NCBI RefSeq assembly: GCF_964355755.1
Contig: NC_092679.1
Coordinates: 16,599,432-16,663,431 of the forward strand
Direction: 5' to 3'
Origin: Antedon mediterranea
Taxonomy: Eukaryota > Animalia > Echinodermata
Length of the DNA stretch: 64,000 nt
The translations under genes and the position numbers were made by a program. Positions within the stretch are counted from its first letter, which is position 1, and each line of letters begins with the position of its first letter. The notes beneath the pieces are model-generated. The model had not been told where the DNA came from. It searched no databases and worked only from the letters and a program-made list of their open reading frames with translations. Shown here piece after piece: positions 37,001-48,900 of the stretch.

Positions 37001-38836
37001 AATTTTACGTAATTAACAGGTAAATTAATTAGATTACATTTCATCTGGGAAATCGTCGCAAGCGAAAGTAAATAAAGATTGCAAACCATGAGTATGCATT
37101 ATGCATGATGCTAATTAGGATTGTTTACAACTTGTCACGGTTGAGAAGGTGTTTTCACACAGATCGCAAGGAAGTTTTACATACAGAGTAGCCAAATAAG
37201 TGCGTTGCATTATGAGATATGTTTTGATTGAAAACTTTGACTGGAAGTCAAAGTTATTTTTTGAACAAAAAAACTGTATTTTGGTTAAATTATTTTTTTT
37301 TTCCACTAATTTTTTGTGAAAGTTAATAACTATTATGATACTTCAAAATGACCCACTTTTTTTCAAAATTAAAAAAAAAATTTTTTTTGGAATTAGTCAA
37401 AGGGACAATACATCTTTAAATAATAATAATGATAATAATAATAATATTCGTTCTTATAAAGCGCTTATTGCAGAATGCTTCTAAGCTTTATTTTTTTTTC
37501 ACATATGTAAAGCATAGTAAAGTTGTGTCTTGATTTATTCCGGTTACCCATTTTATATACTTGGGTGGAGAGAGGCAAATGTAAGTAAAGTATCTTAAAG
37601 GATACAAGCAATGCAGCGAGAGTTGGATTCACAATCAGTAATGCAACGTCCAACACACTGTGCCAAACACACTTACAAATAATAATAAATGTTTCTGTTT
37701 ATTTTTTTAGATAAACAAACTGTGAGTACAGTAGACTTGAACGCATGGGCAGATATTCGTAACCAATCAGAGTACAGCACAGTCGGTAGCAATCTTACTC
37801 ATTCAAAGCTGTTACAACAAGTAGCCATGAAAGCGGTATGTGAGGAAAATGTTACTCTCTTTTTTTTTTCACTTTTTAAGCTAATTTTGTATTAACATGA
37901 CATAAATAAGTTTGTAGTCTCTGCTAAAACAAGGCCATCGCAATCTCAAGTTAGTGTTTACCAACCACCCGACCAACCAACCGGTTGTGAGGAAAATGTT
38001 ACTCTCTTTTTTTTCTTCACTTTTTAAGCTAATTTTGTATTAACATGACTTAAATAAATTTGTAGTCTCTGCTAAAACAAGGCCATCGCAATCTCAAGTT
38101 AGTGTTTACCGACCGCCCGACCAACCAACCGACATAGTGAGCTGTAGAGTCACGTTGCATGTGACTGAAAACACTAATACTGCTCCAAAATCTAAAATAA
38201 ATAAATAAAAGGGCTCCAAAAATTACTCATGCATGCAAATTTAATACATTTAATAAATAATAACCAAATAAAAAAAAAGGCCAGCATTAGATTTGATTGA
38301 ATTTCTGAATTTTTGGGCTCTGCCACAACAATTGGTTTAGGTTGATTTTGTTCATGAAATAATATCAACTCGGGTGTCAATACCAATATGGTGTGCATTC
38401 TGGTGTGAGTTTTGGTAGGCGATGTGAAGGGTATTGAGCGCTGTCTACACTATCAAACTTTATGTGATAAAAAAAATGTGATGTGAGCATTGGGCACATC
38501 ACAGACTAGTTTGGTAGTGTAGACAGAGCTTTAGAGATGTGCTAAAATACTATCAGTGTTTTCATTATGATTTATTTATTTTGACAGTAATAAACAATTT
38601 ATTTTTTACTTCTGATATGATAGAATGAATCATCAAAGAACACTCCACGTTCACCACCTCCATCATTGTTCAGCACAATGTCGATTGCGAGCCTCATCAG
38701 CTCGTCTTCTCAGCTTGACTCCATACCGCTGATCAACCAATACGATGCCGAGGTAAACGCACCTATCACCTCCTCCTGTCTGCTCCAAGGGGATGAACTT
38801 CTCAAAGCTCTTGACCAATCAAAAGGGGACAATTAA
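16079..38836 (+). CDS. HIF1A: Hypoxia-inducible factor alpha subunit (bHLH-PAS; invertebrate pro-ortholog of HIF1A/EPAS1), about 981 aa
   Basis: Exons 16079-16158, 17440-17636, 19801-19964, 26004-26192, 26517-26704, 28402-28508, 29650-29797, 30316-30446, 32908-32991, 33672-33808, 34062-34145, 35034-35176, 35842-36797, 37711-37835, 38624-38836 (2946 nt, frame consistent). b[36 protein letters not shown]; [36 protein letters not shown]; [29 protein letters not shown]; [13 protein letters not shown]; CODD-like LGMNAPLI; [27 protein letters not shown] second in-frame ATG lies at 16130. Confidence 0.95.
18053..18358. mobile_element. Kolobok-like MITE (short family), degraded
   Basis: AGATGTATTGTCTCCC at left and GGGGAACAGTATATCT|TTAA at right; related copies at 28900-29215, ~8975-9170 and ~52535-52810. 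Confidence 0.6.
20586..22010. repeat. Tandem ~140 bp repeat (3 copies) interrupted by a DNA transposon
   Basis: GTGAACCAG(G/T)CCTTAATA..AGTTGTA..TGGTGAACTTTAC..CCAGACTATATTA at ~20586, ~20725 and ~21899. Confidence 0.85.
20811..21849. mobile_element. piggyBac-like non-autonomous element (~1.04 kb)
   Basis: TTAA|CACTTTGACTGCCA at left and TGGCAGTCAAAGTG|TTAT at right (14 bp perfect TIR); 31 bp subterminal repeats at the right end; no transposase ORF. Confidence 0.75.
22545..22955. mobile_element. Palindromic MITE inserted in a tRNA-SINE head
   Basis: TA|AAGCCCGGCGCACACTAGAGCTT..GGCTGAGCCAACTG and its inverse ..AGCTCTAGTGTGCGCCGGGCTT|TA; removal restores CCTTCCAAATCCTAGGTCCACAAGGTTCAATCCTGA, matching the SINE at 57031. 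Confidence 0.9.
23148..24074. mobile_element. PIF/Harbinger-like non-autonomous element
   Basis: TAA target duplication (23145-47, 24075-77); about 38 bp perfect TIR CGCCCGTATTCTTAAACCGGACTTTAGTCGTAGTTCGA; subterminal TAGTCG repeats. Confidence 0.88.
26800..26995 (+). mobile_element. 3' end of a CR1/L2-type LINE
   Basis: 26834-26929 translates [31 protein letters not shown], the WNxLP..FK..LKTHLF C-terminal motif of L2/CR1 ORF2, followed by an L2-like tail GTAAAGAGCGCTTTATAAAT. Confidence 0.75.
28900..29215. mobile_element. Kolobok-like MITE
   Basis: TTAA|AGATTTAATGTCTCCCA ... GGGGGACAATGCATCT|TTAA. Confidence 0.65.
30557..30795 (+). mobile_element. tRNA-derived SINE with a Nin/Deu-like body
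   Basis: A box TAGCCGAGTGG, B-box-like GGTTCTATTCCC, body GTCCACTCAACTGTATATGAGTACCTGG..AAGGCGGCGTGGAAAGGAACTGGCCACC, tail GGGACTCACCTTTACC. Domain assignment is from recall. Confidence 0.75.
30845..32128 (+). mobile_element. pogo/Tigger-like (Tc1/mariner superfamily) internally deleted DNA transposon
   Basis: TA duplication (30843-44, 32129-30); 24 bp perfect TIR CAGTCAACTCTCCCAATACCGGAC; subterminal AAACCGGA repeats; residual transposase-like start [11 protein letters not shown] at ~31467. Confidence 0.88.
33105..33490 (-). mobile_element. tRNA-derived SINE (Meta-like) containing an internal minisatellite
   Basis: Minus strand: A box TGGCTGAATGG, B box GGTTCGAGGC, then GGTTCTGGTGGTAGAACG..CTTCTCGGATAAGGAC body shared with 6940-7195. 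Confidence 0.7.
33257..33445. repeat. Minisatellite, 23 bp x 8
   Basis: GAACCATGGAGCGAGTGAGCCT(T/C) repeated with period 23 from 33257. Confidence 0.97.
34558..34813. repeat. Minisatellite, ~65 bp x 4
   Basis: ATGG(T/C)AGCT..AGC(A/G)TTGCATAAAAAG(A/T)GTTAAATT..GTATGTG(T/G)AAACACAGCT at 34558, 34623, 34687 and 34752. Confidence 0.95.
36888..37415. mobile_element. Second copy of the Kolobok-like element at 12864-13410
   Basis: Co-linear high similarity over ~530 bp; right TIR AAGGGACAATACATCT|TTAA intact, left TIR truncated. Confidence 0.9.
37421..37670 (-). mobile_element. tRNA-derived SINE with CORE-like body and (TAT)n tail
   Basis: Aligns with the copy at 50126-50432 (CCGGTTACCCATTTTATATAC..GGGTGGAGA..GGCAAATGTAAGTAAAGT). 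Confidence 0.8.
37839..38131. repeat. Tandem duplication of ~147 bp beginning at the HIF-alpha exon 14 donor
   Basis: TGTGAGGAAAATGTTACTCTCTTT..GTAGTCTCTGCTAAAACAAGGCCATCGCAATCTCAAGTTAGTGTTTACC..CCGACCAACCAACCG at 37839 and 37986. Confidence 0.92.
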
Positions 38837-40359
38837 TATATCATCATTAGTACATGTTCGATCAAGCTACTTAAATTGTTGCGTACATTTATGCGTATCT
38901 AGCAGCTTTATGCACCAAGCACTTTTCCAGTTATTGATAGTTGTTTACCAACGTATTCTTTTAATCAAAGTATGTCAGTGGTTTAATTAAGGGTTAATTG
39001 AATTAACACTCCTAACAATATTTGTTTAGTCTAACTTTGTATAAAGTATTAAGTCAACCATGCATTTAAGATGCTAAGTCTGAATAAAATGTTTTTACTT
39101 CATAAAGTTACGTTATAAGTGGAGAAGTTGTGGAAATAATTGAGTAGGTTATAGATACTAAATAAGTGTAATGATAATTGCTATATTCATAATCAAAAGT
39201 TTAGTATTTCATTATGTGATGCAAAGTTAAGTTTGCTTTTTGCTTGAATTTTCAAGAACATTCTTTTTTCATGAATAATCTTGCTTACTAACACAGTTCA
39301 TGTATGAGAAATCACTGAATGATGTACTGTATATACAGGTAACACAGCACTCACTAAATCTCACTAAAAACAAAACAAGCATTTAGGTAATTAAGTAAGT
39401 GTAGTAAGTCTCTGTATTCGTAAGCTATATTTTATGAAAAATCTTGTATAACGGAGAAACTAATGAATATAAATAATAACATGGCGTTTTATAGCTCCGT
39501 GGTAATATTACATACTTTAAAATAATAATTAGTTATTAACTAGATTTATTGGTGTTTGACTTTGTGCACATTTTTTATTGTGTGATACAGTATTTCACTG
39601 TTTGCTTATTCGACAATCAAATAATGTTTATGATTTTATTTCATATAATTAAAAGTGTAAATATGATTGCTATATTCATAAGTGTTTATTATTTTTATGT
39701 GATAGAAAAAATTAAGGAGTTGATTTGCTTGAGGCAGGATTTTTTAAGAATATGCTCGCCTCCAAAACAGATTTTTAGAAATTGCAATGTCTCTGTGAGA
39801 TTTAGTTAGTATATTTTTAGTATCTTCTGTATATGACGTTTTAGTATAACATTTGCATATGATGGTGGTGGGGTGCTGGCCTTCCAAAACCATTGACTTT
39901 GGTTCAAATCATGTATATCATTTGAAAGTTTTATTAAAGTAAAACAGGAAAAAAAAATATATACTATTTTAGAGTGACACTTATCTGAAATAAGAGGGAG
40001 GTAATAAATAGTTAATAAATGCTTTTAGTTTATGAAAAAGAAAATCTATATTTTTCAAATATGTTATACATAAATTGATATATTTACAATATAGAACTAA
40101 TACATTTTAATTTGTAGCTGATTTGTGTTTATCACAATCTATTTCAAGCCCATAGCCAGGAGGGTTTGGAGGGTCAAATGCACCTTTCCAACTAGCCCTT
40201 TTTCAAAGGAGGTGTTAGAAATAATAATCCTAGCCTAGCTCATCAGTAGTAGTAGGCCCTCCACCCATGGCTGATCCAGTGGGGTAGCACTAGACGCCCA
40301 TTCTCCCCTTTTGGACAGCAACTACTACTTTTTGATATCTGATTTTAACTATTGATAGA

Positions 40360-41220
40360 AAGATTAAACGAGTACTTACCTTAAGTATGAAGTTTAGTCT
40401 CCATTTCATGAAGTAATGGTAGTTGGTAGAGATTCTAACTGGTATCCCTTGATAATATTAAGCACAATCTGATCAGAAGTGTATTTATTCCACTCTGAAT
40501 CATAGTTTCTTATCTGTCCCCCAATAAACTGATTGGGATTTAAGTATATACTTACCTCGTTAGTTATTTCTTTTCTTGTGTTGACAAAGGAGCTTTGGAC
40601 TTTGTGAACGGTTTCTTGTGGCTTGTCCGCTCCTGAGAGGTTGTCGTAAAAAAAAACCCTAGAGTATCCAATGCCTCTAGCTCCTTCATAAGGGTTAAAC
40701 CGCCAAGTGCCTCTACCTCTGTTAACGACTCTTCCGCTGAATTGAGATTTTCTCTTTTATGTCATTGACTCTTTTTGCCAAATCATCTCCAAATAGCAAT
40801 GTGGAGACCGGTATGGATGACTTACACAGCGCCTGCTTGTATTTTTCATCTAATTCAGGTTTTAAATTCTCACGTCTGATTAGACTTAGTTCAAAGTTGG
40901 TGTATGCCATCAATGCTATTATAGCTTCCTTTGTTGAGGAAGGTTCATTTTCTTGTTGGTTCACCATGGCCGAACTAGCCCCACCATGCTTCTCTTTACG
41001 TTGTATTTTCAAGTCCGATGACTTTGATGCAGCTGAAATATTATCCCATATTATAGGGTTAACCTTTGGTACTACCAAGTTTTCTAGGATGGCTGGTGGT
41101 GGTTATTTATCAATTGTATCATTAATTTGTTCATCTTCCAATTTCTCAGAAATCAGTAAACTAACAGTTTGAGCCAATTCTTTGTTAATATTTGACCCTG
41201 TGGGTCTGGTCGCCTTAAAT
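40360..41220 (-). mobile_element. DIRS-like tyrosine-recombinase retrotransposon fragment (gag/ORF1)
   Basis: ORF 40722-41078(-) VPKVNPIIW..SSDLKIQ..NFELSLIRRENLKPEL..LCKSSIPVSTLLFGDDLAKRVNDI matches the pattern of invertebrate DIRS ORF1 as recalled; terminal-like AGATTAAACGAGTACTTACC at ~40361; no RT or YR ORF seen. Confidence 0.75.
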
Positions 41221-42754
41221 CTTTTTGATATCTGATTTTAAATATTGATATCATGTTATTGTTATGTTATATGTTATTTCCGTCATTAAAAAAATCTTGG
41301 ATCTGCCTCTGTCTGTCACCCCTCTTACAACAATCCTGGCTACAATCTTGGTACCATCATAGAGATAGCATGTTATAATGAACTAATATCTATTACTACC
41401 TGTGTATGTGAGATGTTATAGTGAACCTATATCTAGTACTATGGTGTCTCTTAGATATGAAGTTATGTGATAGTCACACAATTGCAAATCATATCATTAT
41501 TGCTTATTATATTTCATATTTGAAATTTTCTATGTGTATCCAGCTTCAATGCAGTAATGCATAATTTGTTAAGAATTTGGTGTAGGTCTATTACTAGAGA
41601 GCTAACTTTGGTTATATTGTTTCACTTAAGTGAAAATAGTAAGGTAAAAATAACTAATAAATAGTTAAAAAATATATATGTTTAAGTTGATTCACAATCC
41701 TACAAATATTGTTTTTGTTGTTGTAAGGTACTGTAAGTATTCTGTTCTATTTAATAGGTTATGTTTTCAAATCATATTCATATTTGATAACACAGAGGCG
41801 CATGAACAATTTTTATGCTGGAGTGTTAAAGTGACAATATTGTGAAAGTTTTAAGGATAACAAATTAAAAACTATGATATTGACCTTCCATTTTGGAAGA
41901 TCTTTACCCTTCTGACTACCAACTTTCCTTGTTTGTTATGTACATAACGTAAAATATGATTAATTTGAGTCTGAGAAAACATAATTTCTATTTATATTTT
42001 ATATGCAAATGACAATAATTGGAAGTAATTTTCCACTGATGAATGAATGGGTTATCTTGGGGCGGTCAAGTTTTTTTCAGAAAGAAAGTCTTTCTCTAAT
42101 CAAATCTTTCATCTAAAATTTTAAAAAGTATATTTTTTTTTTAATGTGGACATATGAAAGGGTAATATTGAGCAGATCTGTGCTGTTTCCTGTATTTAGC
42201 GAGTTCTTTAAGACGCTGCTGCTTTGTATGCATGCTTGATAATACAAAATTAAATGCTACCAACATAGTTGGCTATTTGTAGCAATATTATATGAATATA
42301 TATTCATTATATACAATAAAGTTTGCAAGGTGCATGTAAATAGTTGTTGCTAAATTTCTTTTTTTGCATTCCTTAAAAATCAATCAATATTTAATTAATT
42401 AAATACATAAACCTATATAATATTCATTAATTATACAAATTAATGAATATACAAATTAATTATGCAAATTAATGAATGTGCAATGAACATTTAATTAATT
42501 AACTTGCACACTGAGGTCATATTTCCTTTACATATTGATTTGTTATTAGCTTATATACTTCTTATTGATTAAAATAATTTGTAACAGTTATAATAATCTT
42601 TAGAATTCTATATAAAAAATGTATATTAAAAACAGTTTGTACGATGATTACTTCAATTTATAGGACGTGGTTTCAGCTTTATAGCCTGCTGCAATAAAAG
42701 AAAAATCGATATTCTTTTCATGCTATACTTTCTGAAGACATTTCACGTCTTATC

Positions 42755-42791
42755 AAATTACGTCATGAATATTCATTAGTTACCCAACAAC
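42755..42791 (+). promoter_or_regulatory. Probable RGS22-like promoter with CRE-like TTACGTCA and X-box-like GTTACCCAACAAC
   Basis: Motifs read directly about 160-190 bp upstream of the inferred ATG at 42948; the X-box match is imperfect. Confidence 0.35.
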
Positions 42792-42947
42792 CATCAACAC
42801 AATGCTGTCGTCTGCTTCTGTGCTTGTGAAGAAAACAGTGACACACGATCTTGAAGTTCCGAATTCTTATGTTTATTTATTTATGTTTACGTTCTTAAAT
42901 AACCTACAACGATGCTTGGTAGGTGGTGCATGTAATATACAAACGAT

Positions 42948-45900
42948 ATGAAAGGTAAGAGATATTTGATTACTTGTTTATCATCTCAATTTCTTAAAGG
43001 GTTTTTGAGATGACTACTTGAGCCCAGCTAACTAAGTTCACCTGCTGAGAAGCCTGGTAACGAAGGATAAGCCTTTCTTCCCCCTGTGTGTAAGTGGGAT
43101 GTAAGTGTGTAGCCTGGTTCAAGCCTACGGTTTTGGTATATAGATTATTAATAGATAAGTAGGACCTACTAGGTCCTTGGTGTAGTTAGGCCTACTTCGA
43201 TTAAAAAAAAATACAATATTAAAATTTATGAGTTTAAATAAAATGCAATTTATTTATTCTGAATATTCAAGGTGGCCAGTCAAAAAAGAGTCTTAAAAAA
43301 AGTAAGAATACGATACATAAAATCCATCAAATTAATAGAATTAAAAATTTTTTTCAAGCAGTTAAATAGTGTACAGCATTTTCTTAATAATAAGCATAAA
43401 TACAATATCAATTAAAGAATCTGTATGATATCAATTTAATTATTGACGGATAATACTTTAGAAGTGAATGTTAATATTATAATTTTACTACAATAAAGGA
43501 TTTAATAGATCCGCCAAGTTGCTTGTAAAATGTAAAATCAGTCACTGAAACCACTTTGTACACACTAAATACAAAAGCATACCAATTTGTTTAAATATGC
43601 CTGTTGCATGTGAGAAATAGAAATTATACATGTCATACTTCACTTGTTATGCTTTACCTTGGAAACGTAAGATAATAGTAAAATATCGTTTAAGTGTTTT
43701 AGTATGTTTGTATAGTTTTGCACTTGTTTGTTTAAATCCTTATCAGCATGGTAGTTTGGTCCACACAACAGTAGAGTCTTACTGTTAGTATGTGTTGTAC
43801 ATTAAGTACATACTTACCGTTTAAAGTATGAAATGCTTGAAATATAACCATTTTTACAATGATTGAATATACTATTGAAGATGATCAGAAGTTTCTTGCT
43901 TGTAAGCTTTTCTTTTATTTCATAATCATATATCAATTTCTTTACTAGCATTTAGTTATTTTGTAATAGTACTGTATATGTATAATTGCTTGGTTAACAG
44001 CCAATCAGCCTTAAACTATACTGTATCTATAAGCAATTGAGGTTTAAAAGGTTTCAACCCTATTTCTATTTCACTCAAGTTTGAATGGTGATTATTTGGT
44101 ATTGGCTAGAAATGTAAATAATTTTGTATGGAACTTTGGTATGGAAGTATACAGTATATGCTACTGTATGTCTGTGTCACGTCAATACAGTGTTGGTACG
44201 GTACAGACGAGTGCAACCACTATTTTGAGCAATGTCCGACTGATTTCAATTAATTACTATTTCTATTTTTTTTTTTACAGTAATTGAAGTCAATAAAGAA
44301 AACTTTGATGCCCTGTTGGCATACGATGATGTCTTTCTGGATTACTTTAATGCTTTCCTCCAACTACCAGTTAGTACATAATATGGTTTTACTCTATAAA
44401 TACTTTTATAATTAGTTAGTTGTTAGTTTGTTCTCTAGAAAAGAGTCTTGACATTAGTATAATCCCATGCTATAATCCCACGACCTACCTTAAACTAAAT
44501 TCAGACTGTTGTAAATCTACTCCAGAGTCCAATGCAATCAGAGCAAGCTTGATTAGGTGTTAGAAAAATTGTTGTTGCACGTGACCAAGCCTCTGTTACC
44601 CTCTGGGCTGTTAGCATTGTTTTGCCAGGGGAGAGGCGGAGGCCTGGGACGGGTGAACAACATTGGTGTTGATCCTTTTTGATTAATCCAAATATGTTCT
44701 AATAATATTAATATTGTTAAAAAAACAATCAAGTGGGGTGGGGGCACCTGTGGGTAATTCTCATAAGGGAGGGGGAAGTGCCCTTTTTTGGGAAAAAAGA
44801 ACCCCCTGTGAAAATCCTGGTTACAGGCTTGATCAGAGTATAGTTTTACCTGCCCAAATTACCAGGCCCCCAGGGACCATACTCTTGTCATAGGGGTTAT
44901 TATATGTACACAATAAGGTACAGTAGACAATGCAAACAGTTTTGTTTATTTTCACAGGCATTCCCACAGCCATTGTATTACAACCGTTTGACTGGATCAT
45001 TCCAGGAGGTTGAAGATGCACCCACTGAAAGGTCACTACCAACCAATGAGCAACCACCTGCTCAGTTGGCACCTATTGACGAGGAGTTGGATAGGATTAT
45101 GGAATGGGCTATCAACGAGAGGCTACCACTTTTTATGAGGTAAATTTGCTGCTCCTTGAAGGGAAGAATGAATGAGGCAGCTAAAGCTCTACCTACACTA
45201 TCAAACTTTATGTGACAAAAAAAATGTGATGTGCCCATATATGATATCACTACCATATTAGGGCATATCGCTACCATATTTGACTAGTTTGATAGTGTAG
45301 ACAGAGCTTTTAAAATATAAAATCAGGTGTTAAGTTTGAGAACTTTTAAAAAAGATCTCAAACTTCACACCTGCATATGGCATTAAAATATGAACACAAA
45401 AAGTTAAAATACAAAGATGCAAGATAATTTGAAATTATCTCTTCTTACGTGTGTTTCACATTTTATTCAGAACAAGACTATTCCTCGAGTACAAGCTATG
45501 TAAATTACTTCTACGACCGCTTGACAACCGTAGCAGTGCCATAAGTCGACAAAGTAGTACTGGAGTACAGGGATACAGTCGTCAAACAACCAGTTATGCT
45601 ACATCCAGTTTGATACAAAGTGCTGTTCCAAGTGTGTATGACAATGAAAGCAATCTCAGCTGGCCTGATCTGGATCATACCGGTTTATTTAAGTATCTTC
45701 GACCAGGCAGTAGATGTCAAAGCTTACCTGCTACATTAGGACTTGGTGCGTTGATAATAATATATGGCATTTATAAGGCGCTCTTCCAAAAAAAAAAGAC
45801 CAGAGCGCCGCGTTAAATACTGAAATGATAAATCTTAAAATTACAATCATTAAAACTTACGATAAAAATTATTAGGCTTAAAATTGCGCAATATCTTAGG

Positions 45901-48900
45901 CAGATCTTATAGAAGGGTGTTTATAGATGCATCAATTTGGATTAAATATATCATCCATGGAAAATATATTTTTTGATTTTGATCACTTTTATTTTTTAAG
46001 GTCAGTACCATCATGGATATATGTCTTCCACGTCTGGTGCAAGAGAAGATGTCTGGCATAGCAGTAATGTAACGCCTAGCAACGAAGTAAAACCATCTCA
46101 AATTAGAAACTTTACCCAGAATATTACAGTTGGTAATGACTTTAAAGAAGGTTACGAGTCTCACAGTCCAAGTAAGTAGTTATGAGAACAATCAATCTTT
46201 ATTCTCATATAATGTATACAATAACATGTGAAAAGGAGCAAAAAAAAAAAAAAAAAAATAGCTTTCACTAATTTGGCACAAATATAAATTAGTCAATAGA
46301 TTGATTGAAAATAAAAAACTTAAAAAAATGATTAAACAAGAGATTTGAAAATGGCAACTTGAATTTAGATAATCAGTAGAATGCCTAGTAAGGGGACACC
46401 TTCAGGATCGAACAAAGTATCCCTTCAATAGGGTTGTTTCCTGAATAGGGGTTGTCCTGCCGCTGTAGTGTTAAAACATATATTTTCCCTACTTTGTTTT
46501 ATTAGAAAGTGCCATATTATTATTAGTTTTGTCTTCTGAATAAGGGTGTCCCAAAATGAGGGATTCTATTGTAATAAGTAAAGTTTTTTTGTCTGTAGGT
46601 AAAAAGAGTTCATTAAAAAGTCCAGGCTTGAAGACAAGTGTGTTGAAAAAGCATGCAACAATTCAGATACCACACAGTACAGAGGAAGAAGACACAGATG
46701 ATGATGATGATAGCTACCAGGAACCAGTACAAAAACGGTTTGTAATTCAAGGCTTTTTGTATTTGTGTATATTCTGAACAGATATTGCCTACTTAGAGAT
46801 GAAATATAAGGGAATGATCATTTTCTTGAGGGAATACATGTTTCATATATATTCATACTGAACAGATTGGTATCGGAGATATATCCTGCCAGAAACCCAG
46901 TGTGGATTTCGTGAAAACTGCAGCACAAATGATATGATTTTTCCTGTGCATCAAATACAAGAAAAGTGTATAGAGCGGAATACACACCAGATAAAATTGT
47001 TTTACACATGTATTTTATATATCGTTTTTTTAAAAAACATCACTGTCAAATATTGTGACTCGTCCATCGTCATCAAACTTGCTGTACACAGACATGCTAT
47101 GAAATTACTTTACATGCAAATAATGTGAAATAGATAAAAGAGTGAGTAGCAAATATTAGGATTAAAGGTTATTATTAACACATTTAAATAATTACTATCT
47201 TTATAGAGTAATGTCAGCACCTTTGAAAAAAGAAGATATTAACCTACTGTCCCCTAACCAGTCCACATATGGTGAGTTCATACAGGAGGTGATTGAAGAC
47301 GATGATGATCAACCTAGCTTGATTGAATACGATGATGAAGATCTGATCACCTATGAGAGAACAGAATCTGAACTGCTTCAAATAGTAGGCAAACATCATA
47401 TAACATTCCAACAACTCAAAGAAGAAATGCTGGGAGGAGTAAGTACTAACATTTCTTTTTTACATTTTTTTTATACACGTGATTGAAAATCCAAATATGG
47501 AGAAATTCTGTCTAAAACCATGTCAGTTTTGTATGATCCTTTGCCCGGATTGGTCCTTGCATTGTGGTCAAGTGAGAACCAAGATATATTGACCAAAATA
47601 AATTGAATTAAGATGTGTTTTTTCTGGCCTTGGATTAGCCCTACTGCTATAATGTAAAGCTCTGTCTACACTATCAAACTAGTTTGATAAAAAAAGTATA
47701 CAGTAGTGATATGCCCAAATATTGTAGTGATATGACATCATCATATCTATATATGGGCACATCACATTTTGTTGTCATGTAAACTTTGATAGTGTAGACA
47801 AAGCTTATTCTCCAAGCCTGTATCCACCTTTTTGCAGATGTGCCCTTTTCAAACTAGAGGCCCTAGCAGTGGAAATAATAGTAACAGGCCTAACTAGCCT
47901 AGCTCATGATGATTTTTCCTCCTTTTTGGAAAATTTCCTTTTGAAACATACTGACATGGTTCACTTGCAGTCGTTAGTAACCATTATATATATATACTGT
48001 CTAATTAAATGTAATTATATTTACAGATGTTCGGTATGGATATGTTCAAGTCTTTCCTTGTTGGTACAGCTGGAGAGAATTTACTTAATTTCTGGTTGGA
48101 CTGTGAACAATATCGTGACAATGTACAAGCATTGGGGAACACAGAAACCGTCATTACAAGATACAGACTATTTAGGTATGACTTCATATTACATTTTATA
48201 AAGACATTTCTTTTCTAATTTGAAAGTGGTACGGTGATACTGTAAACACATCATTAAATTTCGGAAAAATACCGCAAACATCACTTTATTAATAGAGAGA
48301 TTTTGATTTGTGACGAACAAGCTACAGTATGTCATGTAGGTTCATTGTGCACATGCAGAGATAATGAGATGTATGTCCTTGCACCCCACCTTGACACAGA
48401 CTTGATGGTTTCTAGTTGTTCTAGTCGTCACAAATCTAAAAGCTCCTAATGAAGAAACCTTCTTTAACATTCTTAGTAAGGAAACAGGGTTTTGATTAAT
48501 TGTTAATTAATCCTGCAGAGATATTCAAGACAAATATAAATTTAAACTGACCAAAGATGCACAGGAACAGATTCAGATTGCACAGGGTAACGAGGGATTC
48601 AGTGAATCAGTTTACACAAGGACACAGTATGATGTATTGAGAAGGTTACGAATGTACTGGCTCCCACGCTTTCTTATACACCAAGAAAGAATTGCATATT
48701 ACACGTATGTTTCTCAAATGTTATTTATGAATATTTATTTTTATTAATATTATATATTATATATATATTTTTAATATGAAACTTAATTTTTTCCTATTGC
48801 TTTTTTCAAAATAATAGTGTAAAAAAATCCATAAAATTGTTAAAAAAATATGTGGTAATATTTTAATTGTTTGTTTATTTCTTCTTTATATACTGTACCC

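Noticed and set aside
40759-41172. 137 aa plus-strand ORF
   Set aside because: Antisense shadow of the DIRS gag fragment.
42395-42510. Octamer-like ATGCAAAT cluster
   Set aside because: Only one exact octamer within low-complexity AT-rich quasi-repeats; not distinguishable from chance.
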